Assembly: GCA_963666055.2 (NCBI GenBank)
Contig: CAXWPH010000012.1
Location: forward strand, 32,001-96,000
Length of the DNA: 64,000 bases
Reading direction: 5' to 3'
From: Acidobacteriota bacterium
Lineage (GTDB): Bacteria; Acidobacteriota; UBA890; WLXD01
Of the stretch, positions 1 to 9,875 are shown piece after piece. The notes beneath the pieces were generated by a model that searched no databases, was not told the origin of the DNA, and saw only the letters and a list, made by a program, of their open reading frames with translations. A program made the position numbers and the translations under genes. Positions within the stretch are counted from its first letter, which is position 1, and each line of letters begins with the position of its first letter.

Positions 1-29
1 GCGATTCATGAGCTTGTAGGCAGCCGACA

Positions 30-1763
30 ATGCGACATAACCTTGCGGCGCATGAGCAGCGCAGCGCGACTCTCATCGGGACACGTCGGCAAGCACGGGG
101 CACGAATGTGACGCGCTCGGTGCCTCTAGAGCAATCGGAAGAGGGACGCGCCTTCCTTCAGCGTCGTGTGGCGTTGGCCGGCCTGTTCGGTGGTGTCGTC
201 GGCCTTGCGTTCCTGATGCTTCGCACCGGCGAGGCGCTGCTTCACCAGCACCTGCAGGAATTCAGCTCGCCGGACTACTGGCTTCACATCGGCGGCACGC
301 TGAGTATGGCGTCGGTGTGGCTGATCTGCGCCACCGGCCGTCGTGCGGTTCAGGTAGTGCGGGCGGCCGAGACCATCGGCCTCCTTGCGGCGTGCATCTT
401 CTATTCGGCGATGGCTTCGTACCTTCCAGAGTGGCAGATGCCACACTACATCGTCTTGCTGGCGCTGCAGGTGACCTTCGTGGCACGAGCGATCTACGTA
501 CCGAGCACAGCTCTCCGCACGTTCTCGCTCACGATCGCCGCTGGTGTTCCGATCCTCGCCGCCACCTACTGGACGTACGTCGATATCGACGTCGACGATT
601 GGCGTCACTTCGAGGGAATCGCCCGGGATGCGACCGCATCGATGCTGGCGCTCGGCGCCACGGCGTCGGCTGCTCTCTGGTGGGCAGCAACCGTGGCGAT
701 GTGCGCCGGAGCATCGAGGGTGATCTACGGCCTGCGCAGGCAAGTGCGCGACGTGCGCAAGCTGGGGCAGTACGAGCTGGTACAGAAGCTCGGCGAAGGA
801 GGCATGGGTGTGGTGTACAGGGCCGAGCACGCGATGCTGCGCCGACCGACAGCGGTCAAGCTGTTGCCACCCGACAAGGCCGGAGAGCCCACCCTTGCGC
901 GCTTCGAGAAGGAAGTGCAGCAGACCGCTCGCCTTACCCACCCGAATACGGTGACGGTGTTCGACTACGGGCGTACCCCTGAGGGGGTCTTCTACTACGC
1001 GATGGAGTATCTCGAGGGTGCAACGCTGAGCGAGATCGTCGAGATGGACGGACCTCAGCCAGCGGCCCGCGTGGCCCACGTACTGGAGCAGGCCGCGTGC
1101 GCTCTTGCTGAGGCCCACGGTGTGGGGCTGATCCACCGCGACATCAAGCCGGCCAATATCATGCTGGTGAAGCAGGGCGGCGAGCTCGACGTCACCAAGA
1201 TCCTTGACTTCGGGCTGGTCAAGGAGCTGAGCCCCCAGGGCGACCTGGCGCTGACCCAGGCAGATACGATCACCGGAACGCCGCACTATCTGTCGCCCGA
1301 GGGTATCAACCAACGGGTCGAAGTCGACGCACGGAGCGACCTATATGCTCTGGGCGCCGTGGGTTACTTCCTGATCACTGGCAGCCACGTGTTCCCCGGC
1401 AGCACCATCGTCGAGGTACTCGCCATGCATTTGCATACCGAGCCGGAGTCACCATCGAAACGGCTCGATCGGCAGCTGCCCAGAGACCTCGAGGCTCTGA
1501 TTCTGCAATGTCTGTCCAAGGCCCCTGGCCAACGACCACGCTCCGCGTTGGAATTCGTGCGCGGTCTGCGCGCTTGTCGCGATTTCGACCGGTGGACGCC
1601 GGAGGACGCCGATCAGTGGTGGGAACGGTGTGGCGGCGTTCTTGCCGAGCGACACGCAAGCGAGGCGGACACCGTGACCGGTAGGACACTGGCCATCGAT
1701 CTTGCGCACCGCGAGGGCCTGAAAGCCGTGGCGGAATTGCCCGCAAGTCGTCGATTCGATTAG
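30..1763 (+). CDS. Membrane-anchored Hanks-type Ser/Thr protein kinase (multi-TM N-terminus)
   Basis: Motifs LGEGGMGVVY, AVKLL, IHRDIKPAN, DFGLVK, GTPHYLSPE, SDLYALG; several hydrophobic helices in the first ~235 aa. True start may be downstream of 30. Confidence 0.93.
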   Translation: MRHNLAAHEQRSATLIGTRRQARGTNVTRSVPLEQSEEGRAFLQRRVALAGLFGGVVGLAFLMLRTGEALLHQHLQEFSSPDYWLHIGGTLSMASVWLICATGRRAVQVVRAAETIGLLAACIFYSAMASYLPEWQMPHYIVLLALQVTFVARAIYVPSTALRTFSLTIAAGVPILAATYWTYVDIDVDDWRHFEGIARDATASMLALGATASAALWWAATVAMCAGASRVIYGLRRQVRDVRKLGQYELVQKLGEGGMGVVYRAEHAMLRRPTAVKLLPPDKAGEPTLARFEKEVQQTARLTHPNTVTVFDYGRTPEGVFYYAMEYLEGATLSEIVEMDGPQPAARVAHVLEQAACALAEAHGVGLIHRDIKPANIMLVKQGGELDVTKILDFGLVKELSPQGDLALTQADTITGTPHYLSPEGINQRVEVDARSDLYALGAVGYFLITGSHVFPGSTIVEVLAMHLHTEPESPSKRLDRQLPRDLEALILQCLSKAPGQRPRSALEFVRGLRACRDFDRWTPEDADQWWERCGGVLAERHASEADTVTGRTLAIDLAHREGLKAVAELPASRRFD

Positions 1764-2047
1764 GGTGCTCCGACGACTCGGCGGAAGCTTGTCTCGCGCG
1801 GCGCGGGTCTCGTCCTGCTCGGATCAGATCTGTGGGGGAGGGCCCAACGACCACAGCGTCGTCGCCATGCCCTCACTCCAGACCGAACGCCAACAGCACG
1901 GGTGCCGGGTTCCATGGCGCTCCCGAGGCAGGGTGGGTGAGCGCCTGCAGACTATCGCCGGAGTCGGCGAGATCCAACGGAGGCACCGGTCAGGAGCCTC
2001 CCCAGCGTCAACGGGCCTGACCCCCGATCCGGGAAGGGCGGGAGTGT

Positions 2048-2175
2048 CCTATATATAGGGAGACGCTGTACCCGACGCCAAGTACGTCGATTCCATAAGT
2101 TACTCGCCGACCCCCAGACCGACCCCCACAACGGCAGGCTCCAGAGCGACTGGCTGTAAGTTATTGAATCTAAAG
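2048..2175. other. Putative att-site remnant / integrase arm-type repeats at the tRNA-Thr 3' end
   Basis: CCGACCCCCA direct repeat at 2107-2116 and 2119-2128; TAAGTTA at 2096 and TAAGTTATTGA at 2157; palindrome CCTATATATAGG at 2048-2059. Confidence 0.5.
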
Positions 2176-2247
2176 AGCCGGCGCGCGGATTCGAACCGCG
2201 GACCTGCTGATTACGAATCAGCTGCTCTCCCACTGAGCTACGCCGGC
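2176..2247 (-). tRNA. tRNA-Thr (anticodon CGT), CCA not encoded
   Basis: Minus strand reads GCCGGCGTAGCTCAGTGGGAGAGCAGCTGATT-CGT-AATCAGCAGGTCCGCGGTTCGAATCCGCGCGCCGGCT. Acceptor stem, D-arm and TTCGAAT T-loop present; followed by CTTT, not CCA. Confidence 0.95.
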
Positions 2248-2460
2248 TGGCCGAAGTGGAGTCTACCGACGCGGAAAAGGGGTCGCAAACCGTCTTGGTG
2301 CCAGACTGCCGACGCGGACTGGATCGGCCTTTTGCCTCCTCGGCGACACAAGTCGACCGTGGTACACTCGCCGCCGGTGGGACGAAAGCGGAGCGAGGGG
2401 GTCTCGGCTGGCGCATCGTCTGGGGCGCCCGCCATCGGGTGGAACAACGACTGGAGGTAG

Positions 2461-5379
2461 GTGCCCGTGTGGCGTCTATCGAAGCTCGATATCTGCGGCT
2501 TCAAATCGTTCGCCGACGCATCTGAGCTCGTGTTTCCCGAGGGGATTACGGCGGTTGTCGGTCCCAACGGGTGCGGCAAGAGCAACATCTCCGACGCCAT
2601 AATGTGGGCACTGGGGGAGCAGAGCACGAGTCTGCTGCGGGCGCAGCGCATGAAGGACGTGATCTTCCAGGGTAGTGCGGACCGCAAACCAACTAGCACC
2701 GCCGAGGTAACCCTGCATCTGACGCCGCGCCCGAAGCCTGAGGTTGACCTATTCACGGTCAGCGCCGAGGGTGATGCAAACGGTCGCCGGGCGGCTACGA
2801 ACGGGGGCGCTGGTGGGGGGACATCCCGCACCGGCAGCAGCGAAGATCTCGAGGATGAGTTGGTGATCGCCCGCCGGCTGTTCCGCTCCGGCGACAGCGA
2901 GTACCTGCTGAACGGCAAGAAGTGCCTGCTACGGGACGTTCGTGAGCGGCTGCTGGGAACCGGCCTCGGTTCGCGCGCCTGCTACACGATTGGCCAGGGG
3001 CGCATCGATCAGATTCTCTCGGCGAGCCCAATGGAGCGCCGCGCCCCCATCGAGGAGGCGGCCGGGATTTCGCTGTATCGCCGGCACCGGCATGGCACCA
3101 ACCTGAAGCTCGAGGCGACGGCCCAAGATCTGGCGCGCCTCGACGACATCTGCCAGGAGGTTGCCCGGCAGATGCGGAGCCTCAAGCGGCAGGCGGGGCG
3201 GGCGCGTCGCTACCGTGAGCTGCGCGAACGACTGCGTGATCTGGAACGAAGGTGGTTCAGCATGCGGTTGATTGCGGCCCAGAGCGGGGCGCGAAGCGCC
3301 GCTGCGGCGGTAGAGGCGGCCAGCCTGGGGGAGCAGGTCGCCCGCGACCAGCTCGAGAGCGCGACACGAGCGTGGGAGCGCGCTCGTCAGGCTGGACGCG
3401 AGCAGAGGCAGGAGCGTGAGCAATGCCGGCAGAAGCTCTACCACGCCCAGGTGGAGCACGAACGGGCCAGGTCGGAGGCATCGCGGCAACGTGATCGCGC
3501 CGCGTTCGTCCTGGAGCGCCAGGAGGAGCTGCAGCGCAAGCTACAAGCTCTGCAAACCGCCCGTGAGGAAGCCCGCTCGATCGCCGACGCGAGACGCATT
3601 GCATCCAACGAGGGGGATCAAGCGGCGCGGTCGGCGGAGCGTCTGCTAGAAGAAGCGCGCCAGCGCCTGGACCCGATCACGCATCTTGACGCCAGGGCGG
3701 CGGGCGACAACGTTTTGCAGCTGAGCACGCTGGCGGCCAGTATCCAGGTGGAGCCGGAGCTTCGTGGTGCGGTCGCCCTAGCGCTGGGCGACAGCCTGAG
3801 GTTGCCGATGCTGTCGGCGAAGCAGATCGATGTTTGGTTGAAGGCCGCCGAGGCGCGCCGCGGGGTGTCGGCCGGGCTGCGCCCTCCCGGTACAGCGAGG
3901 TCCGTGAACGGAGCGCCTGAGCCGGATCTCGAGCCCCTGGGCGCGGCAGCGCGTGGGCGGGACACCGCCGCGCAGACGGTTCTTGAGGACCTCATGGCCG
4001 ATACCTGGCTGGTGGCTACGCCAGATGATGCGCTGCGCCTGGCGGCCGAGAATCCGGCGCACGGCTTTGTGGATACCCACGGCCAGGTCTGGGCCCGGGG
4101 CGCGGAGATCCGATACCGCAACGAGTCGGTCGACCGCATCGCCGAGGGAGCGAGCGCCGGAGTCCGCGTCGAGCTCCCTGCCACCGCGACGGAAGCGGTG
4201 CCCTCGGCACCAGTGGAGGCCCTGCGCCTGCAGGTAGATCGAGCGGAGACATCGCTCGGGGCGGCGCGTGCACAGGCTGCCGCTGGGGCCCGCGAGCTCC
4301 AAGTAGCGGAAGCGGGCGTGCGGCGACAGGACACCGAGATTACCCGCTCATACGCCGATGCCAAGGCGCTGGTAGCGAGCGGCGCCGCTGCCGAAGCGAG
4401 CGCTGGAGCCGCCGACCAGCGGGCCCAAGAGTGCAGCAAGCGGTGCGCTGAGCTCGAGGCAGGACTGCGGGAAGATGATGGCAGCGACCTGACCGAGGAG
4501 TTCGAGCTGGCGGCGTTGGAGTGTGCCGTTGGAGCGCACCGCAGCGCACTCGAGCGTGCCCAATCACGTTGCTCGGCCCATGAGGTGCATGCCGCCGAGG
4601 TGCGTATCGAGCGCCAGCACCTGCACGAGCAGATTCGTGAACGATTGGATACGGACGCGGCGCAGTTGCTGGCCTCGGTCTGCACCGAGACCCACGAGGA
4701 TGATCGATCGGACGCCGCCACGGAGGCACCCAACGAACCCGCCTTGGATGAGGAGATCGGGCAGGTTCGCGCCGCGATCGATCGGCTGGGCCCGGTGAAC
4801 CTGGTGGCCTACCAGGACTACGAGTCGCAGAAGGATCGTTTCGAGGAGCTCAACAGCCAGCGAGCCGACCTCCACGGGGCGACCACGAACCTGCGCGAGG
4901 CCATAAAGAAGATCGACGCGGAGTGCGTCGGGCGGTTCGCCGAGGCGTTCGAGGCCATCGACGGCTACTTCAACCGCATCTTCCGGCAACTGTTCGGCGG
5001 CGGCCGCGCCGGAATGCGACTCGAGTGCCCAGACGATCCGCTCAATAGTGGCATCGAGATCACGGCGCAACCGCCCGGCAAGACGCTCCAGAGCATCCGC
5101 CTGATGTCGGGTGGGGAGCGCTCGATGATCGCCCTGGCGTTGATGTTCGCGATCTTCGAATACCATCCGGCGCCGTTCTGCATTCTCGACGAGGCCGACG
5201 CGGCGCTCGACGAAACCAACGTGGCGCGTTTCATCCGCACCTTGCACCACTTCCAGGACCGGGCGCAGTTCATCATGATCACCCATAACAAGCTCAGCAT
5301 GGAGATCGCCGACCTGCTGTACGGCGTGACTATGGAAGAGAGCGGCGTCTCCAAGCTGGTGTCGGTTCGTTTGAACTGA
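2461..5379 (+). CDS. smc: Chromosome segregation protein SMC (short coiled-coil arms)
   Basis: GFKSF, Walker A VGPNGCGKSN, Q-loop IGQG, signature MSGGE, Walker B/D-loop FCILDEADAALD, central hinge-like region. Start may be GTG 2467. Confidence 0.93.
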   Translation: MPVWRLSKLDICGFKSFADASELVFPEGITAVVGPNGCGKSNISDAIMWALGEQSTSLLRAQRMKDVIFQGSADRKPTSTAEVTLHLTPRPKPEVDLFTVSAEGDANGRRAATNGGAGGGTSRTGSSEDLEDELVIARRLFRSGDSEYLLNGKKCLLRDVRERLLGTGLGSRACYTIGQGRIDQILSASPMERRAPIEEAAGISLYRRHRHGTNLKLEATAQDLARLDDICQEVARQMRSLKRQAGRARRYRELRERLRDLERRWFSMRLIAAQSGARSAAAAVEAASLGEQVARDQLESATRAWERARQAGREQRQEREQCRQKLYHAQVEHERARSEASRQRDRAAFVLERQEELQRKLQALQTAREEARSIADARRIASNEGDQAARSAERLLEEARQRLDPITHLDARAAGDNVLQLSTLAASIQVEPELRGAVALALGDSLRLPMLSAKQIDVWLKAAEARRGVSAGLRPPGTARSVNGAPEPDLEPLGAAARGRDTAAQTVLEDLMADTWLVATPDDALRLAAENPAHGFVDTHGQVWARGAEIRYRNESVDRIAEGASAGVRVELPATATEAVPSAPVEALRLQVDRAETSLGAARAQAAAGARELQVAEAGVRRQDTEITRSYADAKALVASGAAAEASAGAADQRAQECSKRCAELEAGLREDDGSDLTEEFELAALECAVGAHRSALERAQSRCSAHEVHAAEVRIERQHLHEQIRERLDTDAAQLLASVCTETHEDDRSDAATEAPNEPALDEEIGQVRAAIDRLGPVNLVAYQDYESQKDRFEELNSQRADLHGATTNLREAIKKIDAECVGRFAEAFEAIDGYFNRIFRQLFGGGRAGMRLECPDDPLNSGIEITAQPPGKTLQSIRLMSGGERSMIALALMFAIFEYHPAPFCILDEADAALDETNVARFIRTLHHFQDRAQFIMITHNKLSMEIADLLYGVTMEESGVSKLVSVRLN

Positions 5380-5435
5380 GGCTTCGCTGCAACCTCGGCA
5401 CTCCCGTGTCGCCCGGAGGCCGCTGAGCGCGGCGC

Positions 5436-7517
5436 ATGCAGCTAGCGGACGGTGTCCAGTCAGTCCCCGGGGTCGGTCCGCGTCGCACCGAACAGCTGCG
5501 CCGCGCCGGGGTGCTGACCGTGGGCGACCTGCTGACGTTTCTCCCGCGACGCTACGAGGACCGTTCGCGCCTCGTTCCGGTTTCCGATCTCGTCGTCGGT
5601 GAAGCGGCCTGCGTCGATGTCGTGGTGCGCTCATCGCGGCGCGTCGGGGGTGGCGGGAGGCGCGCGCGCGCCGAGCTGCGTGCCACCGACGCCAGCGGTT
5701 CGATCCATGCGGTCTGGTTCAATCAGGCGTACGTGGCCGATGCTCTGCCGACCGGCAGCCGCGTCCGCCTATATGGCCGCGCGCAACTACACGACCGTGG
5801 GTTGCAGATGGTGAACCCGGTACATGAGTTGATCGAGGACGGTAACCCGCAGTCCCCTCATATCGGACGCCACGTTCCGGTATACCCCAGGGCGGGCGGC
5901 CTCGGCTCGGGCCCCATGCGTCGCCTGCTGGTGGCGGCGCTCGACGACCTAGATGAGCTCTTGGATCCGCTGCCGGAGTTCTTGGTCGGTCCGGGCAAAC
6001 TGCTCGATCTGCGCACCGCGCTGCGACACGTCCACTACCCACCAGCCGACGCCGACCTGGAGATATGGAACGCCCGCCGCTCGCCGGCTCACCGCCGCCT
6101 CATCATGCAGGAATTCATCGACTACCAGGCGGCACTCATGCTGCAGCGCCGACGTGCTGCACGCGAGCCCGGCATCGAGCGCCGGCTCGACGACAATGGC
6201 CGACGACGTATCGAGGCGACATTGCCGTTTCGGATGACCGCAGCACAGCAGCGCTGCACGAGCCAGATCATGGCCGACCTCTGTGCTCCAAGCTCGATGC
6301 ACCGGCTGCTGCAGGGCGATGTGGGTTGCGGCAAGACGGCTGTAGCGGCGTGCGCCATGTTCGCTGTGGCGTTGCATGACGAGCAGGCGGCACTGCTGGT
6401 GCCGAGCGCCATCGTCGCCGACCAACACGCGCGGAACCTGCAGGCTTGGGGCACCAGTCTCGGCATCGAGGTCGCGTCACTGACCGCGGCCACGGATGGT
6501 GCCCGCCGCCGCGAGGTTCTCGCAGCCCTCGAGGACGGGCGCTGCAAAGTCGTTGTCGGCACCCAGGCTTTGCTGCAGCCGCGGGTGCGATTCAAGCGGA
6601 TCGGCCTCGTGGTGGTCGACGAACAGCACCGGTTCGGTGTTGCTCAGCGAGCCTTGCTAGGGGCGAAAGGACGTCAACAACACGCCCAGCCCGACCTGCT
6701 GGTGATGACCGCCACGCCCATTCCCCGGAGCCTGGCGCTGTGCTTGTACGGCGATCTCGAGGTGAGCCATGTCGACGAGCTACCGCCGGGGCGCACCGAG
6801 GTGACGACGCGGTGGATCCGCGAAGCCGAGCCCGGTGCGGTGGATCGCGAACTTCGACGAGTTGCCAGAGCCGGAGAACGCGCCTTCGTGGTGGTGCCAC
6901 GCATCGACGAAGCCGAGACCGGCGGCATCTCGGCCGTCGAGTTGGCTCGGCAGCTCCAGGAGCGGATTCCAGATGTCGGCGTCGGCCTGGTGCATGGTGA
7001 TCTGGACGGAGAGGGTAAGGCGCGTGCTATGCGCCAGTTTGTCACCGGGGATACCCCAGTGCTGGTCGCAACGACGGTTATCGAGGTTGGCGTCGATGTA
7101 CCGGAGGCCACGCTGATGGTGATCGAAGACGCTGAACGCTTCGGTCTGGCGCAACTGCATCAACTCCGGGGTCGCGTGGGCCGGGGGGCGCTCCCCGGCC
7201 GCTGCTGGCTGATCTCGCGCGGCCCTCTGAGCGAGATCGCGACGCAGCGCTTGCGTACGCTGTGCGATACGCACGACGGGTTCCGTATCGCCGAGGAAGA
7301 CCTGCGGCTGCGTGGCCCCGGCGAGGTGCTCGGAACACGCCAGGCCGGCCCCGTGGAGCTGAGGATGGGGGACCCCTATGCGCATGCGGATTGGGTCGAA
7401 GAAGCTCGGGGCATCGCTCGGACATTGGTCGAGAGCGATGACGCGGCCGCGACTCGCTATCGCGAGCAGCTACGAAGCGCCTGGCGTACACGCATGCGGC
7501 TGGCTCGGGCGGGTTGA
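5436..7517 (+). CDS. recG: ATP-dependent DNA helicase RecG
   Basis: RLLQGDVGCGKT, DEQHRFGV, MTATPIPR, QLRGRVGRG, DGFRIAEEDLRLRGPG. Confidence 0.96.
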   Translation: MQLADGVQSVPGVGPRRTEQLRRAGVLTVGDLLTFLPRRYEDRSRLVPVSDLVVGEAACVDVVVRSSRRVGGGGRRARAELRATDASGSIHAVWFNQAYVADALPTGSRVRLYGRAQLHDRGLQMVNPVHELIEDGNPQSPHIGRHVPVYPRAGGLGSGPMRRLLVAALDDLDELLDPLPEFLVGPGKLLDLRTALRHVHYPPADADLEIWNARRSPAHRRLIMQEFIDYQAALMLQRRRAAREPGIERRLDDNGRRRIEATLPFRMTAAQQRCTSQIMADLCAPSSMHRLLQGDVGCGKTAVAACAMFAVALHDEQAALLVPSAIVADQHARNLQAWGTSLGIEVASLTAATDGARRREVLAALEDGRCKVVVGTQALLQPRVRFKRIGLVVVDEQHRFGVAQRALLGAKGRQQHAQPDLLVMTATPIPRSLALCLYGDLEVSHVDELPPGRTEVTTRWIREAEPGAVDRELRRVARAGERAFVVVPRIDEAETGGISAVELARQLQERIPDVGVGLVHGDLDGEGKARAMRQFVTGDTPVLVATTVIEVGVDVPEATLMVIEDAERFGLAQLHQLRGRVGRGALPGRCWLISRGPLSEIATQRLRTLCDTHDGFRIAEEDLRLRGPGEVLGTRQAGPVELRMGDPYAHADWVEEARGIARTLVESDDAAATRYREQLRSAWRTRMRLARAG

Positions 7518-8086
7518 TGCGAGTGATTGCCGGGCGGGCGAGAGGGCGGCGGTTGCGTGTCCCCGATCTGGCTCGAGTACGCCCCACCAGCGACCGCGCC
7601 AGGGAGACGCTTTTCAGCGTGCTGCAGCCGCTCTTGGATGGGGCTCGCGTGCTCGACTTGTTCGCCGGTTCCGGGGCACTGGGCCTCGAAGCAGTAAGCC
7701 GCGGAGCGCGCAGCGCCACCTTTGTCGAACGCCACCGCAAGGTCGTCGCCGCGCTACGCGCCAACATCGTTCACTGTCAGCTGGAATCCGAGTGTGAGGT
7801 GATCGTTGCCGACTATCGCGCCGCACTACAGCGGCTCGGGGCCAGCGAGGCTTCGTTCGATCTCGTTTTCATCGATCCAGCATACGGTTCGGGACGCGGC
7901 ACAGAGTGCCTCGAGCTTCTGAGCACACATGGGCTCGACACGCAGGGCGCTCGCGTGGTTCTGGAGCAGCGTCGCGATGAAAGCACCGAGCTGCCTGAAG
8001 AATGGTCGGCGGTGCGAACCCTACGGATAGGGCAGACAGTGTTTCTGATCTGTAGCCGCGTAGAGCCCGACGGTGCGCCCTGCTAA
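7514..8086 (+). CDS. rsmD: 16S rRNA m2G966 methyltransferase RsmD
   Basis: MRVIAG, RPTSDRARETLF, LDLFAGSGALGLEA, DP(A)Y; recG-rsmD-coaD synteny. Confidence 0.93.
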   Translation: MMRVIAGRARGRRLRVPDLARVRPTSDRARETLFSVLQPLLDGARVLDLFAGSGALGLEAVSRGARSATFVERHRKVVAALRANIVHCQLESECEVIVADYRAALQRLGASEASFDLVFIDPAYGSGRGTECLELLSTHGLDTQGARVVLEQRRDESTELPEEWSAVRTLRIGQTVFLICSRVEPDGAPC

Positions 8087-8126
8087 AGTGCGACGGTAGC
8101 TTCCGAATCAGGGGTGGAGGCTAGCA

Positions 8127-8633
8127 ATGGGATCCGAGATCGTGAACACCGCCGCCATATACCCGGGGTCCTTCGACCCCGTCACCAACGGACATTTGGA
8201 CATCATCCGGCGATCCCGGCAGGTGTTCTCGCGTCTGATTGTGGCGGTGCTACGCAACACACGCAAGGACGCAATGTTCCCAGTTGCAGCGCGGGCAGCC
8301 ATGCTCGAGGGGCTGCTCGCTGACGACGACTGTATCGAGGTAATCAGCTTCGATGGGCTGCTAGTCAAGGTGGCGCAGGAGCGCGGTGCCAGCGTCATCA
8401 TCCGCGGTCTGCGCGCCGTGACGGATTTCGAATATGAGTTTCAGATGGCCATGATGAACCGGCACCTCGATGGTCAGATCAAGACCATGTTCATGGTGCC
8501 GCACGAAGACTACACCTACCTCTCATCCAGTTTGATCAAGGAAATCTACGAGCTCGGAGGTACTGTGACAGGCATGGTCCCTGCCGAGGTCGAGGAGCAG
8601 CTACGTGAGCATTTCACCTGCCCAAAGGAGTAA
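8127..8633 (+). CDS. coaD: Phosphopantetheine adenylyltransferase
   Basis: YPGSFDPVTNGHLDII, RGLRAVTDFEYE, SSSLIKE. Confidence 0.96.
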   Translation: MGSEIVNTAAIYPGSFDPVTNGHLDIIRRSRQVFSRLIVAVLRNTRKDAMFPVAARAAMLEGLLADDDCIEVISFDGLLVKVAQERGASVIIRGLRAVTDFEYEFQMAMMNRHLDGQIKTMFMVPHEDYTYLSSSLIKEIYELGGTVTGMVPAEVEEQLREHFTCPKE

Positions 8634-8637
8634 CGCC

Positions 8638-9822
8638 TTGCGACTCAGCAGCACCGTGTCGCGCATTGGCGCGTCGGCTACGCTCGCCGCCAGCGAAAAG
8701 GCCCGGCAGCTTCGCGCCGAGGGCGTCGATGTACTCGACCTCGGCCCCGGCCAGCCTGACTTCGATACACCGGAGGCGATCTGCGCGGCCGGCATCCGAG
8801 CAATCCGCGAAGGGCGTACCCGTTACACCTCGGTAGCCGGTATCCCCGAGCTACGCGAGGCGGTCGCCAATCTCTATAGCACGCGCGAGGGGGTGCCCTA
8901 CCGAACCGACGAAACAATGATCACGGCGGGTGGCAAGCAAGGTCTGCACAACTTCTTCATGAGCGTGCTCGACCCAGGCGACGAAGTGATCGTCCCGACA
9001 CCCTACTGGGTAAGTATCCCGGAGCAGGTGAAGCTGGCAGGTGGGGCACCCGTAACCGTCGACACCGACGAGGCCGATGGCTTCGAGTTGCATGCCGACA
9101 CCATCGCTGCGGCGTGCACGGAGCGTACCCGTGTGATCGTCGTGAACACGCCGAACAATCCCAGCGGCGCGGTCATCGACGGCGGTGAAATGCTCAAGCT
9201 GGCCGAGCTCGCGCTCGAGCGCGGTGTGCTGTTGCTGGTTGATGAGTGCTACGCCGCTTTGGTATACGAGGGTGCCGAGCACGTGACCCCCCTGTGCTTG
9301 GGCGAAGAAGCCAAGGACATCACCGTCGTATGCGGCTCGTGTTCCAAGAGCTACGCCATGACCGGATGGCGCATCGGCTACCTCGCGGGTCCGCGTGAGA
9401 TCATCGCCGCCTGCGTTCGCCTGCAGGGTCATACGACGTCGAACCCTTCGTCGGTTAGCCAGTACGCTGCGCTCGAGGCGATGACCGGCGATCAAACGCC
9501 AGTTCGTCAGATGCTGGCCACGTTCGCGGAACGACGGGATCGAGTCCTGCCGCGTATCCGGGCCCTTCCCGGCGTGGAGTGTGTCGAGCCAAAGGGTGCT
9601 TTCTACGCCTTTCCGAACGTCTCGGCCCTGTTCTCGGAGCAGTACCCGACATCCGCCGAGCTGGCGGGCTATTTCATCGATCATGCCCATGTGGTCACCG
9701 TTCCGGGGACAGCGTTCGGCCGCGACGGCTTCCTGCGCCTGTCGTATGCGACGTCGATGGAAACGCTCGAGCGCGCGCTCGACCGACTCGAGACGGCGTG
9801 TGCGACCCTGGCGGCAGGTTAG
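8638..9822 (+). CDS. PLP-dependent aminotransferase class I/II (aspartate aminotransferase-like)
   Basis: [33 protein letters not shown] start chosen behind AAGGAG. Confidence 0.9.
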   Translation: MRLSSTVSRIGASATLAASEKARQLRAEGVDVLDLGPGQPDFDTPEAICAAGIRAIREGRTRYTSVAGIPELREAVANLYSTREGVPYRTDETMITAGGKQGLHNFFMSVLDPGDEVIVPTPYWVSIPEQVKLAGGAPVTVDTDEADGFELHADTIAAACTERTRVIVVNTPNNPSGAVIDGGEMLKLAELALERGVLLLVDECYAALVYEGAEHVTPLCLGEEAKDITVVCGSCSKSYAMTGWRIGYLAGPREIIAACVRLQGHTTSNPSSVSQYAALEAMTGDQTPVRQMLATFAERRDRVLPRIRALPGVECVEPKGAFYAFPNVSALFSEQYPTSAELAGYFIDHAHVVTVPGTAFGRDGFLRLSYATSMETLERALDRLETACATLAAG

Positions 9823-9875
9823 ACGGCGCACAGAGTGATGGCCAGCGCGATGCTGCACCCTCTGCGGTTGCCGCG

